Shown in pieces: positions 1 to 8,318 of a DNA stretch of 32,000 bases. The position numbers and the translations under genes were made by a program. The stretch is from positions 4,290,001 through 4,322,000 of the forward strand of contig NZ_RSDW01000001.1 in NCBI RefSeq assembly GCF_003945235.1, given 5' to 3'. The DNA comes from Edaphobacter aggregans (GTDB taxonomy: Bacteria; Acidobacteriota; Terriglobia; Terriglobales; Acidobacteriaceae). Each line of letters opens with the position of its first letter. Positions within the stretch are counted from its first letter, which is position 1. The notes under the pieces were generated by a model. That model was not told the DNA's origin. It saw only the letters and a program-made list of their open reading frames with translations, and did not search any database.

Positions 1-567
1 ATCGTATTCCTTTCGGGCGCTTTCAAACTCCTTCTTATCGAAGTAAGCCGTCCCCAGGTTGGAGTGGAACGTCGCCGATGTTTTGTCCAGTTTGATCGCG
101 CGGCTGTAGTCGGAGATAGCTGCGTTGTACCGGCCTTCCATGTACTCCAGAGCGCCAAGATTGTTCCAGCCCTCAGGGTTCTTTTTCTTGATCTTCACCA
201 CACGCTGAAAGTATGCTCGTGCTTGTGCCGGATGCCGTAGCTCCAGCTCCGCCACGCCCATTTTGTTCAGCAGTTGCGGCGCATCCCCGCCACGCTGCAG
301 TGCGTAGCCGTAGTACACGATCGCATCTTCGGGGAAACGTCTTGCCCGTAACACATCGGCGGCCATCTCCAGTTGTGCGGCGGTAGCCGTTGTTGGATCA
401 GGCAGATGTGCCTGAATCGAAAGCCATTGCGGATCCTTATGAGCTTCCTGGAGGATTACATCTCGATTGAGGGTATCCTTCTGCGTATTCTGCGCACTCG
501 CTAGCGCATTTACGGTCAGCAAACTGAAGAGGATAAGGACGAGAGAAGAGCGGTAATACGTGCCCAT
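1..567 (-). CDS. TPR-repeat protein with signal peptide (partial; C-terminus runs off the window start)
   Basis: This gene is missing from the ORF track because it has no in-window stop. The reverse complement of 1-567 is an uninterrupted frame. It starts at ATG (565-567), 6 nt after GGAGG. The translation begins MGTYYRSSLVLILFSLLTVNALASAQ, which looks like a signal peptide. It continues with TPR-like repeats: ...NPEGWNNLGALEYMEGRYNAAISDYSRAIKLDKTSATFHSNLGTAYFDKKEFESARKEYD. Confidence 0.75.
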   Translation of the reverse strand, partial: MGTYYRSSLVLILFSLLTVNALASAQNTQKDTLNRDVILQEAHKDPQWLSIQAHLPDPTTATAAQLEMAADVLRARRFPEDAIVYYGYALQRGGDAPQLLNKMGVAELELRHPAQARAYFQRVVKIKKKNPEGWNNLGALEYMEGRYNAAISDYSRAIKLDKTSATFHSNLGTAYFDKKEFESARKEYD

Positions 568-628
568 GGTATACCTCCACGAGGTACGCCCACATCATCG
601 GCCTGAATCGAGTCCCTGTCAATAGGCA

Positions 629-2776
629 CTATTGCACCGGTGCACCCGCCGTCGCAGCCGATGCCGTGACCGGAGCTGCCGCCGGAGCTTGGATCATGAG
701 CGCCATCCGCGGAAAGCTGAAACTCCCCCCCGCGTCATCGATGACATTTACCTGGACCACATACGTCCCCGGTTTCAGCTGAGTGAGCGGCACGTCGAAC
801 TGAAACGCCACCGCCCCGCGCTCGGGGATGTTGACAGCATTGGCCTCCACGAGGGGAGTCTCGTATACCTTCACCCCGCCGCTCAGGAACTCGATGCTGG
901 TCAACACTCGGACCGCTCCCGCAGGACGCCGCGTCAAACCCGGTGAATCCGCAGGCGCAGGTCCTTCCGTCTTTTGCCTCGATGGGTCATAGACCTCATA
1001 CAGGAAGTAAAGATGCTGGTCCTGGCGAAAGACATGAGGCACATTAGGAATCCACTCCACACCATCCCGCACCAACGGACTGATCGCCTTCTTTGCAGTA
1101 TTTGGCGCCCGTTGGCTCGACAGCACAATCGAACTCAACTTCAGTGGAGCCTTCTTCATATCCGGAACCTGCAGGTCGGTTTCGAAGCTTCCCATCCGCC
1201 CCGTCTCGTTCTCCCGCACCACAAACTTCAGGTGATACCGTCCCGGAGCCAGCGTGAATCCGCTGGAATACTGAATATTCTTGCGCTGCACCTGTTGCGC
1301 CGCATCGAGCGCCAGCTTCACCGTGTCGCGAACATTGCCGACAACGATCCCCTGAGCATTCTTCACCTGCCCGATGATGTCGATGTTTGCCTTGCTCTTA
1401 TCGCCATTCTTGACGAACGGAATCTGCGACCCCGGCACAATCAGCGATACCGGCACGAAGAACTTGTTGTCATCCATCCGGAAGTAGAGCGCCTGCAGAT
1501 ACACCGCAACATCAGTAGCCGGCAGATCGCTCCGCAACTGCTCCGTCAGCTGTATCTCACGATCCTCTGTCTTCGAGTGCTGAAAATCCGCCGGAGCATA
1601 GTATCCCGGCCGATAATCCATCTTCGCGTCGGTGCGATTCAGCTTCACTGTCAGATGACGGTAGCTCCCATCCCGCGCCGTATTCGTCGAGCGGAACCCG
1701 ATGATGTAGTAAGCCTCCGTATCATGTTGGATCTGCTGAAACGCCGGAGCAAAATCGTTCGAATCGAAGAACGCCTTGCCGCCCGTATCGCTCGACAAGT
1801 TCGCCAGCACCTCCTGCGATCCAAAGTTCGCGTCCAGATTGGCCTGCATCGCTCCGCCGTTATAGGCTGCCGTGCCGCGCAGGCTTCCTGTGGAGGCGTT
1901 GCCCACCGGAGGCAAAGCCTCCAGCCCGCGCGAATCCACGCTATAAATCGCCATATTCGCCTTTACGGCAGCATTCGTCGCTGCGCGTATGCTCGCCTGA
2001 TTCTCGATACCCTGCCGCGTTAACCCGCCGCTGAAGTACAACAAGCTCTTCCGCTGATCCACCCGCTCCAGGCTCTTCGCAATCGTCCGAATCGCATACA
2101 GTTCGCGATCCGTATTCAGGCTGTTGTATTCGCTGTCATCTGCGGTAAAGCTCGACGCATCATCCGCCGTCCCACCAGAGTTGCCGCCCTCATTGCCATT
2201 CGCGAATCCCGTACCCTCGGTTCCGTTGTACTTGCCCACACCCTTCAGCAATGCATCTTTATCCGAGGTAAAGTCCTGATCCATGCTAAGCCCCGTGGAC
2301 ATGCTCACCAGAGCCACCAGATCCGCTGGCTGCATCTTCTTCTTGATGTAGTCCTGTGCCGCCTCCACCGCGCGGTCGATATCCTCCGGCTGCATGCTGC
2401 TCAGGTCGAAGAACATCACAATCAGCCGATGATCCCGCAACTGACCTGTATCAGCCGCAAAGTTCTTGTTCAACAGATCGGCAATCGTAGTCTTGCCCGA
2501 AACCGTAGTCTTCTCCCTCAGCACAGCGGCCTCATCGACATTCTGATAGTCGAAACTCTCAATCTTCTGAGGCTTTCCATTCTCCATTACCGTGAAGTCG
2601 CTGGCCTTCAACCCCTTCACCACCTCACCCGTCTTCTTGTCCCGCACCACCACGTTCGTCAACACAATATCGGACTGCACCTTGAGCGTGAACGTGCCGT
2701 CAGCCGCCTGCTGTTGCGCGAGCCCCGGCGACCCCGCCATCACCCCAACCAAAATCGCCGCCATCAATCGCTGCAT
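629..2776 (-). CDS. VWA (von Willebrand factor A) domain protein of the acidobacterial VWFA-related type, secreted
   Basis: This is the ORF-track frame 629..2815. I start it at ATG 2774-2776, which has GAGGA just upstream. That start gives the signal peptide MQRLMAAILVGVMAGSPGLAQQ. The N-terminal FTLKVQSDIVLTNVVVRDKKTGEVVKGLKASDFTVMENGKPQKI plus LIVMFFDLSSMQPEDIDRA matches my recollection of the acidobacterial VWFA-related family (TIGR03436). Confidence 0.85.
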   Translation of the reverse strand: MQRLMAAILVGVMAGSPGLAQQQAADGTFTLKVQSDIVLTNVVVRDKKTGEVVKGLKASDFTVMENGKPQKIESFDYQNVDEAAVLREKTTVSGKTTIADLLNKNFAADTGQLRDHRLIVMFFDLSSMQPEDIDRAVEAAQDYIKKKMQPADLVALVSMSTGLSMDQDFTSDKDALLKGVGKYNGTEGTGFANGNEGGNSGGTADDASSFTADDSEYNSLNTDRELYAIRTIAKSLERVDQRKSLLYFSGGLTRQGIENQASIRAATNAAVKANMAIYSVDSRGLEALPPVGNASTGSLRGTAAYNGGAMQANLDANFGSQEVLANLSSDTGGKAFFDSNDFAPAFQQIQHDTEAYYIIGFRSTNTARDGSYRHLTVKLNRTDAKMDYRPGYYAPADFQHSKTEDREIQLTEQLRSDLPATDVAVYLQALYFRMDDNKFFVPVSLIVPGSQIPFVKNGDKSKANIDIIGQVKNAQGIVVGNVRDTVKLALDAAQQVQRKNIQYSSGFTLAPGRYHLKFVVRENETGRMGSFETDLQVPDMKKAPLKLSSIVLSSQRAPNTAKKAISPLVRDGVEWIPNVPHVFRQDQHLYFLYEVYDPSRQKTEGPAPADSPGLTRRPAGAVRVLTSIEFLSGGVKVYETPLVEANAVNIPERGAVAFQFDVPLTQLKPGTYVVQVNVIDDAGGSFSFPRMALMIQAPAAAPVTASAATAGAPVQ

Positions 2777-2828
2777 AATTCCTCGCACTTCAAAACTCAT
2801 AGGCTCAAAACCCAAAGCTCACAGCTCC

Positions 2829-5800
2829 CTAGAACCGATACCGCGCGATCACCGTCAACGTCCGCATCGCCGCCGCCGAGGTTACCTGCCCGAACGTCAG
2901 CGAGTTCTGCGTCGAATCGATCCCCGAGTACTGCACCGTGTTGAACACATTATTCGCCGTCACCCGCGCCTCAAACGACCGTGTCTCTCCCAGCGCCACC
3001 GTGCGCGACAGCGAGGCATCCACAGCCACGATCCCCGGTCCTTCAATCGACCCGCGCGAAGCCGTTCCGAATCCATTCGCAGGAGGCGCAAATGCAGTCG
3101 GATTGAACCACTGCCGAATCGTCTGTGGCCCTGTAATCGACTGCGTGAAAATACGATCAGGCCGCAAGGAATTATTCGTTCCCGTCGACGTCTCCGCCAC
3201 AGTCGCAGAGAAGTGCGGCGTGAAATAAGTGCCCGTCGCAAACGTAAAATCACCAGAGAGCGAAAATCCATCCAACGCCTTCGACCAGAACCCGCCCTTC
3301 GTCAGGAAGGCTCGGTTCGGCCCGAACGGCAGTTCCATCACCCAGTTGCCCGTCAACTTGTGACGCACATCGAACGCGCTGTTGCCCTCCTCGGCCTTCA
3401 GGTCCAGGTCGTTCTGTGCCGGTACACCGGTCGCTCCGCCGATCGAGGACGCATTGTCGATCGAGTGTCCATAAAAGTACGTCGCCTGCAGCGAGATGCC
3501 CTTTTGCATCCGTTTCCGCACATTCAGGCTCATCCCGTTGAAACGTGAGAACGCCAGCGAATCCTCATACGTAAACGCCTGCGCCTCCGGATTTAGCAGC
3601 CCGGAAGCCGTACGGTTCGGCGCCCGCAGCATATCCAGCCCACCGCCTCTGGCACCGTTGTAACCAAGGTTCGTGACAATCCCCATCGGAAACGTGTGCT
3701 GAATATCGACATTCCAGACCTGCACATGTCCCAGCCGATAGTCCTGATTCGCGGCATAGTTGTTCTGCACCGGCACCGTCGAGCAGTCGAACGCACTCGC
3801 CAGCGTCATATTCGTCGGCGTGCATCCCGCCGTCCCCGAAATCGTATTCGTCGTCACCAGGTTCGTCTGCGTAATAGCAAACGGTGGCTGAAACGCAAGC
3901 TGTCGCGCAATCGTCGCATACTGCCCAGTGTTGTAGTTAATCCCATAACCCCCGCGCACCACCGTCTCTTTGAAGAGCTTCGGCTTCGGACGATACGCAA
4001 AACCAAATCGCGGAGAATACATCGTCCGATCCGGGTTCACCAGCGACCGCGGAAAGCTCCCGGTAAATGGCCCGCTCTGCCCCGGCTGAACCGGCGACAC
4101 CTGTGTGAAGTCCGCATTGTGGTCAAGATTCACCAGCCGGTTGTACTTCTCCACATACGGAGAGAAGTACTCATAGCGCAGCCCATAGTTCAGCGTCAGA
4201 TTCGACAACACGCGCCAATCATCCTGCGCATACCAGTCCCATATATTTGCCCGCAGATACGTCTTGTTCGCCCCAGCCTGAATCGCAGACTGCTGCGGCA
4301 GACCAAACAGCAAGTCCGCAAAAGCAGATCCACTCGCAACGCACGATGCAGTCGTTGGAGTCGTGCATGAAGCCGCCGGATTCTGTGTGGCATATCCCGT
4401 AAACGTAAACGACCCAGTTCCATTGCTTCCGCCGATAGTGTCCGCATGTACGCGCCGGAAATCAAAGCCAAACCGCATATTGTGCTTCTTATAGCCGTAG
4501 CTTACAAAGTCCGAGAACGAAATAGTCTGATTGACCGAGTTGCTCGCCGCTGTCTGGCTCAGACCCGTGAAGCTAGCAATCGTCAAACTCGGAACACCGT
4601 AGAAGATCCCCGGCTCAGCCCCAATCACCGGCTTCGGAATCGAGATCCCCGTCCCCGACAAAGGATCGCTCGCTCCATCCGTAAAATAGTTTTGCTGCTG
4701 AGCGTGCGACCGATTCCAGTTGATCGAAGCATTATTCGTCAATCGTCCATACCCGATTGTGTAACCGGCCGTTATCCCGTACCCAGTGGATTCGCTTCCT
4801 CCTCCGAGCGGAAGGAAGATATTCCGAAGATCACTAGCTGCGTGCGAATAGCTTCCATTGAAATTAATGTTCTGCCGCAATGTCTTCGGAGCATTTGCCG
4901 CCTGCCGCCGCCCACCACCGCCACCACCCCTGCCAAACGTATTATTCTGACCGAAATTCCTGACAAACCGCATCGCCGCGCTTGTCGAATTCTGACCTGC
5001 ATTGGTCACCGTCTGATAGTTATTCCGCAAACTCGCACCGGGAACATTCGGAGCAGGATAAAAATTCAGCAGCGCCTGAGCCTGCGGCGACAGCGGAGTC
5101 GTAGCATTCTTCAAATTGTTATTCAGGATCGGCAGCCCGGTCGTCGGGTCATACAACTGTCCTGACGTAACCCCACCCGTCGTGCTGAGTAGTTGCGAAA
5201 AATCTCCACTCCGCTCCGCCAGTGTCGGTACCGTCCCGTTATAAATCTGCGGGTTGATGTTCCTCATGCCCGTCACATTCACAAACACAAACTGCTTCGG
5301 ATTCGCCTTATACAGCCCCGGAATCGACGGCGATCCCGTGAAGCTAACGCCAAACCGATTCTGCATCGACGAGGGCTTCACCACCTGCGCGCCTTCCTCA
5401 CCCAGCGCCTGAGCCACCGAGAACGGCGCAGCATTCAACGCTCCATTTCCCCCCTGATAAAACACCGTCCCATGCGGCTGCGTCGGATTGAATCCCCTGA
5501 ATCCACCACCACCGCCACCACCACCACCGCGTCCTCCCCGTCCACCACCTCCGCCACCCGGCCCGCCACCGAACCCACCCGGTCCACCCATCATCCCACC
5601 AAGCATCCCCGCGACGGCGTTCGCCATATCGCCCACCGCACCACCCTGACGCTGTGCATTCGCAATCGCATCCTGCACTCTTTGGCGAATATCATCCTCG
5701 CTAAAATTCGCGAGCCCATTCGTCTGTCCCATCTGCCCACTTACAGCAACTGAATCTGTTGCCGTCGTATCGCCGCCGCCCAACCCCACTAGCGTCGGCA

Positions 5801-6383
5801 TCTGCGCTCCAGCATTGCCTGATCCCGCACTTGCATCGGTGGCTTCGCCAGCATCGCCAGTTACATTCAAGGACTGCGTCCCACGCCCCAAAGCGCTCGC
5901 CAGATTACCAGCCGCCGTCCCCGCCGCCGAAGCTTGCTGCTGCTGTTGCTGTGCGACCCGCGAAGCCAGTTGTAGTCCAAACTCCACCACTTGCTCTGGC
6001 TTTCCGCCATTCTGTCCAGCAGCGTTGATCAGCACCTCTTTCGTATCGGAGGCAAAGGCTGCCAGCTCCGCCTTCACCACGTACCGTCCATTCCGCGGAA
6101 TCGCCATCGCAAACGCGCCCGTGATGTCGGTCGTTGTCGCGTACTTCTTCCCGGTCAATGTATTGGTCGCCGTTATCCCCACGCCAGGTAAAGGAACATT
6201 CCCAGCCTTCACTGTTCCCTTAATCGTCCCACCCGCCGCGACCGTCGCCGTACTCTGCGCAGCAGTGGGAGCCGACCCTGCCGGAGTCTGCTCCTGGGCC
6301 ACACTCTGTCCCCAGCCATACCGCGCGCCGGTACCGGCCGACACAACCAGCCCCAAAGCCATCGATGCAATCAATCGCCGCAC
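2829..6383 (-). CDS. Oar-like TonB-dependent outer-membrane barrel protein with N-terminal carboxypeptidase-regulatory-like domain
   Basis: This is a 1191-aa ORF-track frame. The N-terminus GTIKGTVKAGNVPLPGVGITATNTLTGKKYATTTDITGAFAMAIPRNGRYVVKAEL looks like a CarboxypepD_reg fold. A long beta-barrel-type sequence follows and ends ...TVIARYRF with the terminal aromatic typical of OM barrels. I chose the GTG start at 6381-6383, which has GAGG 5 nt upstream and begins VRRLIASMALGLVVSAG. TTG at 6404 or ATG at 6362 are also possible starts. Confidence 0.85.
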   Translation of the reverse strand: MRRLIASMALGLVVSAGTGARYGWGQSVAQEQTPAGSAPTAAQSTATVAAGGTIKGTVKAGNVPLPGVGITATNTLTGKKYATTTDITGAFAMAIPRNGRYVVKAELAAFASDTKEVLINAAGQNGGKPEQVVEFGLQLASRVAQQQQQQASAAGTAAGNLASALGRGTQSLNVTGDAGEATDASAGSGNAGAQMPTLVGLGGGDTTATDSVAVSGQMGQTNGLANFSEDDIRQRVQDAIANAQRQGGAVGDMANAVAGMLGGMMGGPGGFGGGPGGGGGGRGGRGGGGGGGGGFRGFNPTQPHGTVFYQGGNGALNAAPFSVAQALGEEGAQVVKPSSMQNRFGVSFTGSPSIPGLYKANPKQFVFVNVTGMRNINPQIYNGTVPTLAERSGDFSQLLSTTGGVTSGQLYDPTTGLPILNNNLKNATTPLSPQAQALLNFYPAPNVPGASLRNNYQTVTNAGQNSTSAAMRFVRNFGQNNTFGRGGGGGGRRQAANAPKTLRQNINFNGSYSHAASDLRNIFLPLGGGSESTGYGITAGYTIGYGRLTNNASINWNRSHAQQQNYFTDGASDPLSGTGISIPKPVIGAEPGIFYGVPSLTIASFTGLSQTAASNSVNQTISFSDFVSYGYKKHNMRFGFDFRRVHADTIGGSNGTGSFTFTGYATQNPAASCTTPTTASCVASGSAFADLLFGLPQQSAIQAGANKTYLRANIWDWYAQDDWRVLSNLTLNYGLRYEYFSPYVEKYNRLVNLDHNADFTQVSPVQPGQSGPFTGSFPRSLVNPDRTMYSPRFGFAYRPKPKLFKETVVRGGYGINYNTGQYATIARQLAFQPPFAITQTNLVTTNTISGTAGCTPTNMTLASAFDCSTVPVQNNYAANQDYRLGHVQVWNVDIQHTFPMGIVTNLGYNGARGGGLDMLRAPNRTASGLLNPEAQAFTYEDSLAFSRFNGMSLNVRKRMQKGISLQATYFYGHSIDNASSIGGATGVPAQNDLDLKAEEGNSAFDVRHKLTGNWVMELPFGPNRAFLTKGGFWSKALDGFSLSGDFTFATGTYFTPHFSATVAETSTGTNNSLRPDRIFTQSITGPQTIRQWFNPTAFAPPANGFGTASRGSIEGPGIVAVDASLSRTVALGETRSFEARVTANNVFNTVQYSGIDSTQNSLTFGQVTSAAAMRTLTVIARYRF

Positions 6384-6424
6384 ATCAACCTCGCCGCAAA
6401 TCAAATCAGTAAAACAGTAAGAAT

Positions 6425-7282
6425 TCAGTCTTGTTTAGGAGTAGAAGCTGGCGAAGCATTGCCGGAAGTACTTCCAGGAGCCGCACTGCCGGCACTCCCC
6501 GCAGCACCACCCTCCGCAGACCGTCTCCTCCGCGTCATCGCCGCCGCATCCATCACGCCAAGCTCAGTCGGCACAAACACGCCATTCTTCAGCGCACCCT
6601 GCCCCGCCACCATATCTCCCACCTTTACATCTGCCAGCGTAATACTCTCTCCGCCGGAACCGCTGCCAGCTCCACTACCAGAGCCCGCGCCAGCACCCCG
6701 TCCACTACCGACATTCCCAACCGGCCCACTCCCGTTCAGCATAGAAGCCATTTGCCGCCCGCCCCGCTTGAACGAAGTTCCCTCATCCACTTCGATCACC
6801 TGGCTAACGCCATCATTCCGCAACACGGTTACCTTCACATCATCAATCGCCGTAACCTTACCGACGATGTAGACCTTGCCCAGCCCCTCGCGCAGCTTCT
6901 TCACCTGCTCGGCATCCATCACAGTCAAAAACACCGCATGAACCGTCTTCGTCGGAGCATCCAGCACACCCATCGCTCCAGCCCCATCGCCAACCTTCAC
7001 ATCGGTCAACTTTATCGGCTGCCGCTCTTTCATGATGCGCGTATTCGCCGATACCGCGACCTGATACACCTCTCCCGCATCCGTCTTCACCGTCAAATGG
7101 TCAGCCGCCGCCGCCGTCACCGTGCCCCGAACCATCTGCCCACCGGCAAACGCTGCGCCGCCCTCACCACGGCCCGCACCTCGTCCACCCTCACTCTCCT
7201 GAGCCCAGCCCATGCCCGCCAGCGAACCCATCGCCAGCAACATCACCACGCTTCCGCCAAGCCGCTTAATCGTCCGATTCAT
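6425..7282 (-). CDS. Secreted Gly/Ser-rich protein with two DUF5666-like domains
   Basis: This is the ORF-track frame 6425..7378, trimmed to ATG 7282. That start gives MNRTIKRLGGSVVMLLAMGSLAGMGWAQ as a signal peptide. There are two repeats of the pattern (V)TV..DG....V.V...T.....(I)KL.DVKVGD, as in DUF5666, separated by a GSGRGAGAGSGSGAGSGSGG linker. The family name is from memory. Confidence 0.7.
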   Translation of the reverse strand: MNRTIKRLGGSVVMLLAMGSLAGMGWAQESEGGRGAGRGEGGAAFAGGQMVRGTVTAAAADHLTVKTDAGEVYQVAVSANTRIMKERQPIKLTDVKVGDGAGAMGVLDAPTKTVHAVFLTVMDAEQVKKLREGLGKVYIVGKVTAIDDVKVTVLRNDGVSQVIEVDEGTSFKRGGRQMASMLNGSGPVGNVGSGRGAGAGSGSGAGSGSGGESITLADVKVGDMVAGQGALKNGVFVPTELGVMDAAAMTRRRRSAEGGAAGSAGSAAPGSTSGNASPASTPKQD

Positions 7283-7386
7283 AACCTGCCTGCCTTGCAT
7301 GTCCTTAGCTGCAACCCTGTGCTCATACAGACGTTTCCGCACTCTGAAAGACGCTATCCGAACACAAAAACCTCGCATGACGTTTA

Positions 7387-8154
7387 GTGGCTTACGCCTT
7401 CTGGCACTACACTACCGCCATGCACCAAGTCGCCCACGGATCCCAAACCTCTCAAACTCCACACGTAGAAGGCCACTTCGAGTCCTCCGCCGTCGTGCGC
7501 GACATCGTCATCGGCCTCTCGGACGGTCTCACCGTCCCCTTCGCCCTCGCCGCCGGCCTCTCCGGAGCAGTCGCCTCTTCCCACATCGTAGTCCTTGCCG
7601 GCCTGGCCGAGATAGCCGCCGGCTCCATCGCCATGGGCCTCGGAGGCTACCTGGCCGCCCGTGGAGACGCCGAGCATTACGTCTCCGAACGCCAACGAGA
7701 AGAGCGCGAGATCATCGAACGCACCCACGACGAGGAGGAAGAGATCTACGAGATATTCGAGCAATACTCGGTCGACCGCAGCAGCGCCTATCCCGTCCTC
7801 GCCGCCCTCAAGCAAAACCCCACCGCCTGGGTCGACTTCATGATGCGCTTCGAACTCGGTCTCGAAAAGCCTGCCGCCAACCGCGCTGTTCGATCCGCAT
7901 CCACCATCGCCTTCTCCTACATCGCCGGCGGCCTCATCCCTCTGTTGCCCTACATGATCATCGACAACAACGGTGAAGCCCTTAAGCTCTCCACCATCAT
8001 CACGCTCTTAGCTCTGGCCATCTTCGGAGCGCTGAAAGGAAAGCTCGTCGGCACCGGCTGGCTCCGCAGTGCCATCCAGACGACCGTCATCGGAGGCATC
8101 GCCGCCACCGTAGCCTACGCCCTCGCTCGCCTGCTCAACGCCTCACACGTGTAA
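7387..8154 (+). CDS. VIT1/CCC1-family iron/manganese transporter
   Basis: The 255-aa ORF contains VVRDIVIGLSDGLTVPFALAAGLSGA and C-terminal transmembrane helices typical of VIT family proteins. The start is either GTG 7387 or ATG 7420, and neither has a clear SD. Confidence 0.85.
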   Translation: MAYAFWHYTTAMHQVAHGSQTSQTPHVEGHFESSAVVRDIVIGLSDGLTVPFALAAGLSGAVASSHIVVLAGLAEIAAGSIAMGLGGYLAARGDAEHYVSERQREEREIIERTHDEEEEIYEIFEQYSVDRSSAYPVLAALKQNPTAWVDFMMRFELGLEKPAANRAVRSASTIAFSYIAGGLIPLLPYMIIDNNGEALKLSTIITLLALAIFGALKGKLVGTGWLRSAIQTTVIGGIAATVAYALARLLNASHV

Positions 8155-8161
8155 TCATGAG

Positions 8162-8185
8162 AAATCCCAACAGCATCCGGGATTT
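8162..8185 (+). terminator. Weak hairpin downstream of the VIT1 gene (possible terminator)
   Basis: AAATCCC (8162-8168) pairs with GGGATTT (8179-8185) across a 10-nt loop. No U-tract follows. Confidence 0.25.
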
Positions 8186-8318
8186 ACAACAATAGGCCGT
8201 TGCTGGTGCTGGTTGGTCTGTCATCCCCGCGTGGATCTGCCTCTGCCCTCCTTCATAAAAAAGCAACAAATCTGTCACCTAACCCATCCCATAGCTTAGG
8301 TAAAGTCTGAAGACCATC

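Noticed and set aside
2330-2420. An apparently degenerate MIDAS motif in the VWA protein: FFDLSSM instead of DxSxS.
   Set aside because: I cannot align the family by eye reliably enough to say whether the metal site is really lost. A profile alignment is needed, so I do not report it as a finding.
5500-5612. Tandem CCACCA/CCGCCA repeats that looked like a possible noncoding microsatellite or repeat array.
   Set aside because: They lie in frame inside the barrel-protein ORF and encode a Gly/Arg-rich linker. There is no spacer/repeat periodicity of the CRISPR type anywhere in the window.
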